A stretch of DNA of 40,641 bases, from the NCBI GenBank assembly GCA_051453625.1, contig JBOZIK010000001.1, forward strand, positions 28,777,432-28,818,072, in the 5' to 3' direction. The notes under the pieces are model-generated. The model ran no database searches. It was given only the letters and a program-made list of their open reading frames with translations, and was not told where the DNA came from. The DNA comes from Welwitschia mirabilis. Taxonomy: Eukaryota. The translations under genes and the position numbers were made by a program. Below are positions 28,401 to 40,641 of this stretch, one piece after another (positions within the stretch are counted from its first letter, which is position 1; every line of letters starts with the position of its first letter).

Positions 28401-28409
28401 TTACATCCA
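22450..28409 (+). repeat. LTR-like repeat copy 1 (22450-23173 plus 28118-~28409), probable 3' LTR, split by LINE B
   Basis: Starts with TG after purine-rich gagaaaagcaca; TATA-like cctatataag ~22906. Both halves align collinearly with 28646-29667. Confidence 0.75.
23174..28110 (+). mobile_element. L1-clade LINE (copy B), 5'-truncated and 5'-inverted, with TSD and poly(A)
   Basis: 23174-~24335 is antisense ORF1 tail plus endonuclease (ORF2 ATG at 23755 on -, PWALMGDFN). 24336 onward is sense ORF2 (SLGPDGF, VDLKKAYD, YIDE 25799, zf-RVT). A12 at 28099-28110. TSD aacttgaaa at 23165-23173 and 28109-28117. Confidence 0.95.
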
Positions 28410-28645
28410 AATTAATTGGTATTTCCAAGAAGAAGTTCAAGGAATTTTAGAAGATTGAATCTTACTACTTATGTAACTAATTTGGTTTTGAATTATGTAC
28501 TTACGTAGTGTGTATATGCAGTCTTTCTTTTCTTTTCTTGGTTTATCTTGCATTTTTAGTTTCTTAGTTTAGCTTGAATTTTAACTAGTTTTCTTAATTT
28601 TGCTCTCATTTTAATTTTTAATAGTTTTTGTTTATATGTTAGTTT

Positions 28646-29667
28646 TGTAATATGATGGTGATATGGAAGACACATTGTGATATAATTACTTAGTAAAGGG
28701 ATCATGATGTAAATACTAAATCTTGAAGCATCATAACAAACTTAATCTAACATAATAAGATGAATATTCCACCTAATGCTATAAGATGAGGAATCTCATC
28801 CATCCTACCTAGGCTACATGATAAACATTGTAATCCCTCAATTATGACTATCATTTATCACTAGATTTTAAGAATCACAAGTGATAGTAATAATGAAATA
28901 ATCATTACATCTATTACTATATTTATATTTTACCCACTCACATACCACTAGAGGATAAAGTTGATGGATGACAAAGAATCAAGTTTTTTAAAGCTAAAAA
29001 TGTAGTGTGATCATTCTTGTTTATTCTTTAACTAAATTAGCCCACCATGAAATCCTATATAAACCCCATTAATCTTCTCATTTTCTTATCTTTTAAGAAT
29101 TAATTATTCATGTGATGATTTGGAGTTTAATTAAGTGATGGATCCATCTAGCTTAGGAGAGGAGCTTACCTTAGTATTAGGCTCTGTTTCCTTTATTGTG
29201 CAGTGACTATTTATACATGGATGTAATAACATTATGGTTAATAAAAATCATTTAATCTCTTTCAATTTCTCTCTTATTTTTTTATATGTTGTGCTAAACT
29301 TAATTTAATTACATGAATGTTAATTATAATTTTGATATAGTATGTGAGAGTTAACTTGGGTGATAATACATTGGTAAACTTGGTTAGTGATTGTATTTAG
29401 TCTTGCATATCATCTTTTCATTCATTCAATGCATTTCAACTCATTATTACATTTTCCTTCATTTATCACTCCAAAATTAGAATAGAAAATCATTTCAATT
29501 TTTTACTGATTGAAGTAATTTTCTATATGCACTTTAAAATTCCTCTCTAGAGTATGAAATTTGGGATGACTCCCTAAACTAATTTGTTTTATGCCTATTA
29601 TATATTAACATTATAGGTTATCATCAAAGATTATTTATTAAAGATAAAAATCACATGATTCACATCC
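28646..29667 (+). repeat. LTR-like repeat copy 2 (uninterrupted, ~1 kb, visibly diverged from copy 1)
   Basis: TG start aligns with 22450. Shared blocks include aaataatcattacatctattactatatttatatt. TATA cctatataaa ~29055. Empty-site sequence taatacattggtaaacttggttag ~29364. Confidence 0.75.
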
Positions 29668-30999
29668 TAAAAATGGGATAAAACATTCATTGAAACCATT
29701 ACTCCCAAATATTTTACCCAACTTGGATAATATAAGAATCAGGATAGGATTCTAAGATATCTCTAATAAATTCAAGGAGAAAAATAAAGAAGTCCTCCTC
29801 CCTTTCATGCTACTCCTTCTTCCTACTTTTAACTCCCCATAAGAAGAAAGGAAAAGGCTCCTATGGATGAAACCTGTTACACCCCTTCTTCTCCACCTTC
29901 TTCTACTCCTTCATCTACTAATCATAAATTTTCCTCCACTACTTTAAGTGATACATTTTTAGAGGAATTTCCCAAATCTCAAAGAACTTAGATTTGAAAA
30001 TTATGGGAAAATATAAAAAATAACAGAAATAAATAAAAGGAGATATCCAAGAAACATAAAGAAATGGATGAAAAATTAAAAAGGTTGGTGTTTCATAAAA
30101 GATCTTTGAGTTAAATTATTTTTAATCTCTTACTCTTTGATTCTTCTTCACCTGTATTTTTTAGTTGTAACACTAATTGTAGTTGCATCTTACTTTATTA
30201 TAATGTCTTTTGATTTTAGTAGAAAATCAATGTAAATTTTGTTTCCATGAATCTAGATTTGATTCTGAACTATCATTTAACTTTAAATCACTTTGTTTAG
30301 CTATCATGCTATGAGACATAAGAATTAATTATTATTTCTTAATAGAGTTAGTATCACTAGTCTTCCTAACTGGGGCTACCACCTTAACATGTGTAAGTGG
30401 AGTCCCATTTTGCATAGCCATTCTTAATCACATTTTGTATGTTTTAGCACTTAGGTCTAAAAGTCATAGAAACTAACTAATTCAACTTTATCCTCTACTC
30501 ATCCATTTCAAGATCATCACATCACTTCGCATATTCCATCCTTTTTTAGTAATTTTCGAACTTTTCTAGTCATACATTCATATTCAACTTTTAAGACACT
30601 ATAATTAAAGTGTCATATTTGATTTTTATTCTTTTATTTTGCATTAGCTTCTAATTTATCTTTTTTACTTTAGTCATGAATTACACATTTTCGTTTTAGT
30701 AACTCTCTTTTTTATCTTTCACTAGACCACATTATCACATGCATCTTTCATTCCTCATTGTGTTTACATTAAATTTTTTATTTTTAAAAGTTTAAAAATA
30801 ACATTTAGTTTTAGTTGCAGGAAGTGTTATTTGTACTTAAAGTTCTTACTTCTCATGCTTTATCTTTTACTTAAAGTGTAATTTTGGAGTATCTTGACAA
30901 ATTTTTTCCAAAGAACACTTCATCATTGTATATTAGGTTAAGTTGATTTGACATTTTTATCATGTTATCTATTTTTCTTTTTACACACATTTTTGCTAA

Positions 31000-31960
31000 G
31001 GAACTAGAAAAATATTAGTTAGGGTTATGATAACACATAAAAATTAACATTTATATCAAGGAATCAAGTCCTTGTTAGCAAGTTTAATTAATCATCATAA
31101 TGGTTTTATTTATTTCTTATAATTAAGTCCATGGAAATATTATTTTATTAAGAATATAACTTATCACTACTATTTTGTAGGATGAATGTATCATTAGGAA
31201 CATTATGATAGGAGATGGAGATATGTTAATCATAATTAGTCACAATGCCAATCCTAAGCATGATGGTATTTCTTACATTAAGTAAAACAATATCATTCTT
31301 ATAATTCTAAGTTCTTGGTGCAAGTAATTTATTTTGATCGTTTCCATAAAAAGAATATGAATGAACAAACTTTTTTGAGAAGAACCCCTCAATTTAGTTT
31401 TATGACTAAATAATTATTTTTTGTACTTGTTACATTCTTTATAATTATCCCATTAGACTTTTGAAATACTAATTGTAAATCCTAATTATGGCATATGAAT
31501 ACCCTATCTTTCTTCACTTAGAAGACATCACTTCATAGCAAATCATTATCAAAGAAATTGAAGATTTAGTAATGAGTTCCTTCTAAGCCTTCTATAGGAA
31601 TGGACTAGCTATTAAACTAGCATAATGCTTCTTGGTTTAGCATGAGTATATTTTTAGATTATATACTTTGATATCAAGTTGTAAAAGTCATAGTTATTAT
31701 GCCTAGGATTATTTGAGGCATGATTATACTATAAGATCTACTTTGGTTATTATCCTTTTCATTCTAGCTTACATAACCTAAATGTTTATTTGATGGATCT
31801 TGGTAGACTCGTACATTCCATGCTTATTTTATTCTTGCTATGAAAGCTGGATGGCTTAGTTATGTTACCCTCATATCTATAATGGATGTAATTATGCCAT
31901 TATGCTTAAGCGTAGACTAGACAAGCACTCATGTTTGTGATGGATTATATCAATTGTGTA
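31000..31960 (+). mobile_element. Possible highly eroded Ty1/copia pol debris
   Basis: Faint ordered echoes only: QGIKS...HHNG (integrase QQNG-like) ~31060, a KARLVA-like segment ~31310, a YIxDL-like segment ~31650. Confidence 0.3.
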
Positions 31961-33270
31961 TGAGTTAGAAGTAAAGCTACATATCTTTACTTTAAGTACT
32001 TATGCTTTTTCTTGAATTTATTATACTAGTTTGAATGCTATGTTTCATTTGAATGTCTCTAATATCATTTCACTCTCTCCTACTCTTTACTATTATGCTT
32101 TATTTACTGATAGCTTTTATTATTCTTATGTATGGAAGAATGACACTAAAACTGTACTACAAATAAAATTCCTACTATTATTGGTAAAAGTTGTGTTTGG
32201 CCACAGAAGATTTGTATCCATAGGATGATTGTACTATTTACCATATATTAATAAAAGATACAAGTACAGCCATATTTCATCACAAACAATATTCTCCATT
32301 AACTATATTGAGCTTGGTAAAGTTATCCTTTAGCTTTCAAATGTTTTTGCAAATGTTCATGCTTGGTTTTTCTTATGAATGAATTTTCTCATGGAAATTA
32401 TTTAGTTGTAATAGTAATATCTTTTTATTCCATAATATAGGGTCCTCCTTAATTTTATCAAGAGTTTTATTCTAGGTATACATATTCCTATCATTTATTG
32501 ATTCCTCATGCTTTTTTCACTTCAAAAGTCTTCATTATAGTTCCTTTTTATCTTTTGAGAATAAGACACTACGTGATATAATAGAATTTTATAAATGTTT
32601 TTATTCTTATTTTGGTATTTTAGCTTATTTCTTCTTTCTTTGAATAAACATTTCTATTCTCCTTTTATAATTTTATATAGTTATTATGGACATCTATGTG
32701 TTAGTAAACATTCATATCTTTATATACAACATTTGAGTTATTATGTAACATTTGTTTTTCTTCAACCTTTTATCTATTTTTTCTAAATGTCTAATCTCAA
32801 CTTTTACTTAATTAATATTTTTATCTTCAGATAAATTATATTTTAGTTCTAATATTTTGTTTTAAATATAGATTTCTTTGACAACTTTGGCTCTAATACA
32901 ATGTTGAGATATTGGTTTTATTAATTTTTAAATATGAATTTAATAACTTAACTTAGAAAAATTTTTGGTTGAATAATCAAATGTTATTTTATAGATGAAA
33001 ATATGAAATAAATATTTGATATTATAAAATATAAGTTATGTTTTTATAATTATATGAATAATTAATGATGAATGTTTTAAAGAAGTACTTCACAAGATTC
33101 ATATTAGTTCTTTGTATGATCAAAGTTTTTATATTGTTTACAAAGTTTTGTACTATCTATATCCACTTGATATGCTTGGTACTATTATTTTATTTATCCT
33201 ATTCTCTACATTCATCATGATACCTATTTTTTTAAGGAACCTACAAAAGTTTCATACTTGTTATTAAACC

Positions 33271-35800
33271 TTTTTTTTTAAATGAAATTTGAGAGATATT
33301 TCATTACTGGAAACTTTAGAAGTACAAACTCATGCATAAAATAAGAAGAGTAAAATCATTAGCTATGTGCCCTGAAGCATATAAAATTGAACTTAAAACT
33401 TGGAATTGGGTTAACAAAAACCTGAGGCAACTTTGCGGGAAAATAAAACATTGATATGATTTTGCAAACCTGAAATGAAAGGTGCATATAATGTGGAGAG
33501 AAAAACCTAGAACTCAGAGTTATGCCTTGATGATCAAACCTTTTTCCCTGCTTTCTGTATGGCCAACTGACTAACGGAAACATGATGGCAAGGGGAAGAA
33601 CACCTTATGAAGGCCTGCTCTTTTGTGATGTAAAGAATCATAATGAAACCTATTATTTATTGAGCTCTAGCAAATCACCCTGAAGATGTGCTTTACTACT
33701 TGTTAAGTAGGGCTCAGGAGGACTGAAACGTAGGCTTGGGATGAGGCTGCTCTTGCACTACCCCTCTTAGTTCCTAAAGCTTTGCCTGTTGACGTGTAGA
33801 AAGGAGGGAACTATGTACTATTAGAAGTAACGATTGAAGCAAAGAGGATAAATCTCATCCTCCAAAAATGGCCTTGGGACTCTTTGATGCCTCTGGATAA
33901 GACGTGATGGCTGAGAATTAGATCTAAGAACACTAGCAAGGGGACTCTATGAATTCTATCGAAAGCAAGAGTAACTTTTTCTAAAGGAGGACTAGTTCTA
34001 GAGGAGCCAATGGCCTTCTTCTTTGAAAACATTAGCAGCTTGCTTGAAGGATTCAGGGGTTAGTTCTGTGGACTCCTATTTGCTGTATGCATAGCTTAAT
34101 TAAGACCGATTTACCCCTAGGATCACATATGCCCTTGGGCTAGATATGAAGTGATCATCCTAGGAACATTGGGAAAATACCGACCATCTGGCTCCAAACG
34201 CAATTTTTCTAGGAGTTTTTAAGGTGGTAAATAGTAGATAGTTTGTAAGTCAATTGGAATTTGATTTCTTTGATGATTTTAAAGAGTTCAAAAGCTTGTT
34301 TTTTGAAAATTTTGTCATTTCTTCCTTACCAAAATGATTTATGTAGGCTACAAAAATAAATTTAGGAATGCTGTGTTGGGCTAATTTTGATCTACATCTA
34401 CCTTTAAACCAAGAAAGTAGACCATTGCATGAAGAAACTAGGGGGTGAAGGTTTATTATCCTAGAGCAGCCTGAAGGAGGATGGCACAAGGAGGGCATTC
34501 AAAGAAGAGATGATCTCTTGGTTTCACTTCTAGCCCACATAAGATGCAGCTTGGGTCAATTAGGTTACCCATTTTGCAGATTCTGTCTTTTGTAAATAAT
34601 CTATTGTGATATGCTAGCCATGCCATAAAGGAGTATTTTGGGGAAAAAAACTAGTTTCAAACCAACAATGCCCACTCTATCTTTGGGTGGTGTCCAACTA
34701 GATGTGAATATGATGCAAAGGTTGAGAAAGGCTCACTCAGTGCTGTCCATTTCACTATCAATGCTGATAACTACACACAGCCTCCTGCAAGCGATCTGAT
34801 CTTCAGGATATTTTTAATTATCTAAGAGGTATTGGGCTTTTGTTGAAATTGCTAGATGTCTGTTTCTTTGAAATAAAATTCATGGTACCATTTAACCCAT
34901 AAGGTTTCTTTTTTTAGAGCCAAATCTGAGAACTAGGTGAGAACTAGTGCCTTGTTCATTAGAGTGGAGTCTGTTATTCCCAGCCCTCTTATACCTTTGG
35001 TTTAACCATTGAGAGCCAAGTAATTGGGCCCTTTTTAGACTGGTCAACTTTAGCAGTCTAGAGAAATCTTCTGCAAATGGCATTAAACTCATTAAGGACC
35101 TTGTTTGACAGGATGAAAATTCTGCACCAATAGGATGATAAGGTTTGGAGGATTGCCCTAATTAGTACCAGTTTCCTTGCATATGATAGGAGTTTGACAG
35201 TCCAGGATCTTACTTTCTCTGTTACATTTAGGATTAGTGGGAGACAGTTTTTGATTAATAACTTTTTTGAGTTTAGAGGCACCCCAAGATATTTCACTGG
35301 AATGGTGCCTTTTGAAAATCCCAAATGCTGAACGGATCTTTCTTTTTGACTTTGAGTTAATCCGCCAAAAAACACCTAACTTTTAGATCCATTTGCCTGA
35401 AGACCTGACACCTAAGCAAAGTGGTCTAAACCTGATTTTAGTATATGGATGGAGCTATCATCTCCTCTACTGAAGATAAATAGATCATTTGCATAACATA
35501 GATGTGTAATATTAAGCCTTGTGCATTTAGGGTGAAAGTGAAATAGTTAATTTTCAGCCATCTTTTTAAAACACCTTGATAAGTATTCCATGATAAGGAA
35601 GAATAGGTAGGGAGACAGCGGATCACCCTGCTTTAGACCTCCTTTACTTAGGAAATAGCCCTCCATTCCTCCATTGATAATGACAGAAAAGTAGGATGTG
35701 GAAATGCAGGCTTTAATCCACTTAATCATCTTGAAAGGGAACCTGAAGCCTTCCAACAAGTTGAATGAGAAGACCATGAGACTGAGTCATAGGCCTTCTT
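33271..35800 (-). mobile_element. 5'-truncated L1-clade LINE (copy C): RT, zf-RVT, 3' region, poly(A)
   Basis: Begins at KKAYDSVSW (35800). Motifs: GLKQGDPLSPYLF, YAND 35495-35484, PVKYLGVPL. T9 at 33271-33279. 3' region homologous to copy A ~5130-6114. No clear TSD. Confidence 0.95.
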
Positions 35801-36048
35801 ATGAACTACATCTTCTTCCTATCTTCTTCAATTTTCTAATTTGATGATTTAAAAAACTTTATACTTTCTAGATGATTACATGAATGTTCTTATTGATTCT
35901 TTGAAATTCCTTTTATTTCATAAGAACAAGTCATTGGTAAGTGTTTTATTAAACTATTAATAGAAAAATGCTTTATTATAGAATTGAACCCTTTCCTAGC
36001 CTCAAAATGCTTGAAGTATATAATGTGTTATTCTTTTCCCCACTTTCT

Positions 36049-36052
<4 letters not shown>

Positions 36053-36110
<58 letters not shown>
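36053..36110. repeat. (AC)29 microsatellite flanked by short CT and AT runs
   Basis: Read directly from the sequence. Confidence 0.99.
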
Positions 36111-36113
<3 letters not shown>

Positions 36114-36837
36114 TATATATATACACTATGGAAATAGTTCAAATGGGGAAGAATTTCTGAAGTTATATTAGTAGAAGCTAGAAACTATGAAACCTATTTT
36201 AAAAATATGACAGACAATAAAAATTCTTTTAAAAAATGTCCTTCATGAAGATAATGTCCTTACTAAAATTTTGATGAATATGATTGTAGAAATAACCTTA
36301 ATTGTTCAAATGGTTGAGATCAAGAGGGATGAAAAGAAAAATGATTTTCACCCTACATGTCTATACCTTAACAAATCTAACAAACTTCTTATAACATAAG
36401 CTTTATAAGAAACCTCTTATTGCTCCCACAAAAATAGTTAGACAATCATGATATTTCATTTGAAAAAACAAATGAAAGTTCTTAATCAAATGTCTTATAC
36501 AACTCTTAAGTATCCTAAAATGTGGGAAAAAAAAGTTTTCAAGTTAATTTTCATAATGATACTTCTCTAATTTATTATTTATCCTAATTAAATTAGATGC
36601 TTTATATGCTTATCATAGGATAAGTATAATTATGGTCACTATCCATTAACTGTACTCAATTTATCCGTGACTTTAGAATAAATGAAAATAGATCTAAAAA
36701 ATTCTTAAAAGTAACATCACCAATTTCGTTGGATATCCAAGAGAAAATAATCATTCCATCCAATTATCCGAGAAACTAATAAACAGAATCTTAATCACAC
36801 CAAAGAAACCCTGTTTCGTTTAAGTGAAATATTTGAA

Positions 36838-37654
36838 TTACTCTTCATTTGATGGAGGCGGCAAATTCAAATCGGGAGTCTTAGGCCTCCGTTGTGGTCG
36901 TGACGATCCTGCTCTTTCTCCTGCACCAGCTGCTGCATGCCTTTCCGATGCGGAATTCTCTGTATTTTGTGCCCTCTGCGTGACTGCTGCTTGCGCTTCT
37001 GCTTCATAACTTATTTGCCAAAAGTCGATAGTCCTCTGATTGTAAGCGGGAGTAGAAGATACCTCCATTTCTACAGGCGCAGGCACTTCAAGAGGCTGAG
37101 AGACTGCAAGAAGTGGCGCAGCCACATGAAGAGGCTCAAGCTCTTCATGTGAAATAGTCTCCTGGGATGTCGAGGCTTCATCAGCCCTATCTGTAAATTG
37201 AATTTTAAAACGTTCAACACAGTTGTATATTCCAAACATAGTATTAATTGCAGACTATTACGAAAGAATAATTAACTGAATATAATAATGTCAATGGAGG
37301 ACGAATACCTCACCCGTTGAACTACCAGACCATCGAAAACTGGACATACTTTAAAGATTATTGAATTTCAAAAATTAAACTAACAAATTTAGAGGCTGCC
37401 AGCAAATTGATGTTGTACAGTGAAGATAAGTCTTAAAAAGATGTCTATTAATCTGCAATCTCCTTACTTGCAACAGCCGGGGGCCTATTTCTTCTATGGA
37501 TTCTCATATGGCAACATAAGGCCGAACGATTGGAAAATACTCGTCGACAAACTGGACATACGGAACGAACACGATTATGGATGCTCATGTGACCACCTAA
37601 GGCACGGCCAGACGAGAACTCTAGATTACAATGTCGGCATCTCCGAGGAGGCAT
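36838..37654 (-). CDS. C2H2 zinc-finger transcriptional repressor (ZAT/EPF-like, two fingers, C-terminal EAR motif); exons 37654-37468 and 37190-36838, ~179 aa
   Basis: ATG at 37654. Fingers CRHCNLEFSSGRALGGHMSIH and CPVCRRVFSNRSALCCHMRIH. Donor GCAA|gtaagg and acceptor tttacag|AT are both phase 1 and in frame. Ends PDLNLPPPSNEE* (DLNxxP EAR). Exons are GC- and CpG-rich. Confidence 0.88.
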
Positions 37655-37807
37655 ATCAGTCTTCTGGTTTCCTCGCGGTTGACCTGCCTGATAGGGTCCA
37701 GCACAAGAAAAAGATTGAAGTTGGCTATTGCAGTAGCAAAACAAGATTCTCTTTCCAATACGTTGCAAATCTTTAGATGTACAACGGTAAGGGTAAGGGC
37801 TTTCACT

Positions 37808-37882
37808 TTAAATCCAGAGAGTCATCCCTTGCAGCAGTGGAATATCTTTTCAATAGTCTGTACTCTGTAACTTCTTATATGT
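37808..37882 (-). promoter_or_regulatory. Putative TATA-like box (catataag ~37880) and 5-codon uORF MTLWI* (37825-37808)
   Basis: Motif and position ~220 bp upstream of the ATG only. Confidence 0.35.
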
Positions 37883-38151
37883 ACAGTGGAAAGGGGAAGA
37901 GATTTTTACTTTGGTTTCAATCGTTAGTGAAAAGGGGTGGAATCTGAAGTCTAACATCAATGTTCTTGTCTTTCACGTTTTGTCGTTTATTTTGCCTTGA
38001 AAACTTACTGAATTTCAAGAAATCTAGAATTCCATTAAAGACCTTCCATGTTCCTTTCATTTCGGTTGACGTCTTTATTAAAATATCCTAAATTTCTGAA
38101 AGACAATGTCATTCTAATTAGTTACACTCATTTTTATCTTTAAAATTAACG

Positions 38152-38237
38152 TTAAAAGTAACTAATATGTAAATGTCTATGCATAGGAAGTTGCATTCAT
38201 TTATGTCTGACTCAAATTACATATTAGTTACTTTTAA
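38152..38237. repeat. Perfect 21-bp inverted repeat with 44-bp spacer
   Basis: ttaaaagtaactaatatgtaa (38152-38172) and ttacatattagttacttttaa (38217-38237). Confidence 0.92.
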
Positions 38238-39617
38238 GAGATTATATTTACACATGGTTTATGGTTGTATAGTTACTTGATTGACAACATTATAATGGGA
38301 TAAAGATGTAGTATGAGTGATTGACCGATGGGAATGACTGGTTATTTGTAAACTCACAATCTGGTTTATGATAATGACATACATCTAGGATTTCTTTCAG
38401 AAGAAATAAAATTTATGTCTAAACAAATAAAATCTAGGATGATTATAGTGTTCCTACACTTATATACTGGTGCTAACCAGGTGGAGAAGAATGATAAAAG
38501 CATAATAAGTTACCTAAATAGATTATTAGAATTAATGAATGATAAGCATTTTCCTTTTTCTTTTTTCCTTTTCTCTTAATCTTTCATTAATAACATTAGT
38601 TGCATAGTTAACAAGGCATATAAAATAGAAGTTTACACATAAGATATCTAATCCTCAGGGTGTAGGGAATGTTAAACAAAAGGTAAAGACAGAGATCACA
38701 TCCCTAACATATGATAGAGAACATTAGAAGGAAAGAAATGAAATGGGTAGGACTCCTAAATATGCAATAACAAGGAAAGTCATCAAGGTAGTGGAAAATT
38801 CAAAGGAAAGTGATTGAAATTTAGTAATATTAGATAAAAGAAATTTGAATGCTTATACATACAAAGCATTAAAGGAGAGACAAGGAGGACATAGACTATT
38901 CATAGAGAATTAAAAACAAAGAAAATGAATTATATGTATTTAGCATCAAGTAAGGAGTTATTTTGGCAACTCGAGAAATAAAAAATTATGGCTTACCTTT
39001 TATAATGGTAGAAGACTTAGCATATTAAGAGCTCTTATTGAAAAATAAGGCTAAGCAAATTTATCTTATACATAGGCATTGATGTGATTAAGACAAAAAT
39101 AAATGATTTTTTCTTTTTCTTTTAGTGAAAGAATTTTTTGAGAATCAAACTTACAACCACAAAGTTATGGGAGCACTACTCTACCATTAAGATCTCTCCT
39201 TAGACTATATTAGGGTTTTTGTAATACTTAACTATTAACCTAGCATTACATAATATAGTTTAGGATGTTAGACCTTAGCATGATATTAACAAGCACTAAA
39301 GCAACCTTGTGTAGTATTATAAGGGAAAGGGTCTTGTGCATTTCTATGCTGCTATTGTTGTTATTTCATTCAATGGAAGTAAGGCTCACTTGCTTATTTG
39401 TGTTATTACTATTACATTGGCAAATTAATTTGTGATAAGAACAATAAATCCCCACTTTTCCAAAACAGAGACATAGTACCAAGCCACATACATATACTTA
39501 CTTTTTGTTTTGATAATAGTAATTTTTCTTACTATTTCATATTCTCTATATTTGTTAATGATGTATTCTTGTATCTTTTTTTATTAGATCAAGGAATTTC
39601 TTTTTCATTTTATTTCA

Positions 39618-40400
39618 ATTAGTACCAAAGAAGGTAGTTATCTTAGATGTAGTTAGAATAACCACTAATGTTTCAAATGCTAAATTTGATATGGAGAATT
39701 TTAATTGAAAAATAACTTTCAACTATGCAAAAAAAAAAAAAAAAAAAGTAATATTAAGAATGGAAACCGTCATGAATGAAAGATGAAAAGATTTGGGTTT
39801 TAAGGTTTAAAGAACTAGTAGCCCATGTCTTGCAAATTTGGTTTCCTATCAGTTAATAAAGAAAAATCTTGTTATTGCATTTTTTTAACAAAATGAAAGG
39901 GGTTTTAGATAAATCAAATCTCTAACAAATAATTTCTGCCTAAAGTCAAATCTCTATGACTGTAAGATGAAGGAGAGGATATTCATTATGAATTAGATGA
40001 ATATTATTAATAAGTTAATCTCCCAACTTTTAGCTTTAACATTAAAATCAAAGAAAAAGATCAAGCTCTTATCAATTTTAAATATTTCCTTTTGTCTTAC
40101 AAAAATCTATCGATGTTGTATTATAGAGATGACACCATAAAGATCAACATAGTGATTGTCATAATTCTATAGGAGAGAGGAATAAAGACTAGTCGAACAA
40201 TGTCTTCTAAAGATATTTTATGATTATAGAATACTTGATGAAAAATAATGTAACTATAGATAATCTAGACCTAGTTCAAGATTTAGAAAATAAAGAATAA
40301 AAATAATAAGAAATTCTTCTACCATCATAAAAAGGGATACTCATAAAGGAATGTTAGAATCTTGAAAAAATAAACAAGAGAAGAAAAACATTATTTTTAT
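39618..40400 (+). mobile_element. Ty1/copia (Tnt1/Tork-like) gag remnant with degenerate PBS; LTR probably just upstream
   Basis: CA then attagtaccaaag (PBS-like). Peptides: AKFDMENFN ~39680, SKSLTNNFCLKSNLYDCKMKE ~39912, IKIKEKDQALI ~40040, decayed knuckle FYHHKKGYS ~40317. Confidence 0.75.
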
Positions 40401-40641
40401 AAGAATTATGTGAATTAAAAAAACAAATAATGAAAGTTTGTAATAGTGAAGGAAGAAATAAACACATCACCTTTGTTCAAAACATTTTCCTTAAGAATAA
40501 AGAGCATGTAAGTTTTATTATTAAAAGAAATATTTCATGTTTTTTAAGAATTGAAATGATTAGAATCACAAGTGGAGAGAAGTAGTTCTTTTATTTAAAA
40601 AAGAAAAACGCTTCTTCAAGATAAACTATTGAAAACATTAA

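Noticed and set aside
35968-36171. ORF with a THTHTH repeat
   Set aside because: Translation of the (AC)n microsatellite.
36824-37870. Plus-strand ORFs overlapping the zinc-finger gene
   Set aside because: Antisense shadows of GC-rich exons with no recognisable motifs.
38600-39150. Faint copia gag-like KFKGK segment
   Set aside because: Too eroded to call.
39729-39747. A19 run as a retroposon tail
   Set aside because: Lies within the copia gag remnant with no TSD; likely homopolymer expansion.

Overview
AT-rich plant (angiosperm-like) nuclear DNA, mostly decayed retrotransposons around one apparently intact gene. In order: an L1-clade LINE on + (~1550-6114); an Athila-like Ty3/gypsy gag-protease remnant (~6900-8300); a long degenerate Ogre/Tat-type Ty3/gypsy element (~11000-22449) whose probable 3' LTR is split by a second L1 LINE (23174-28110); a diverged second copy of that LTR (28646-~29667); faint copia-like debris; a third, 5'-truncated LINE on - (33271-35800); an (AC)29 microsatellite; a spliced C2H2 zinc-finger/EAR-repressor gene on - (37654-36838); and a Ty1/copia gag remnant at the right end. 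The most notable structure is the second LINE. It has a TSD, a poly(A) tail and a clean 5' inversion starting exactly at the TSD, which is the geometry of twin priming. It also shares a 3'-terminal hairpin with its relatives despite a different 3' region. I found no evidence of a wholly new multi-gene system. All alignments and family calls were made by eye, without database searches.
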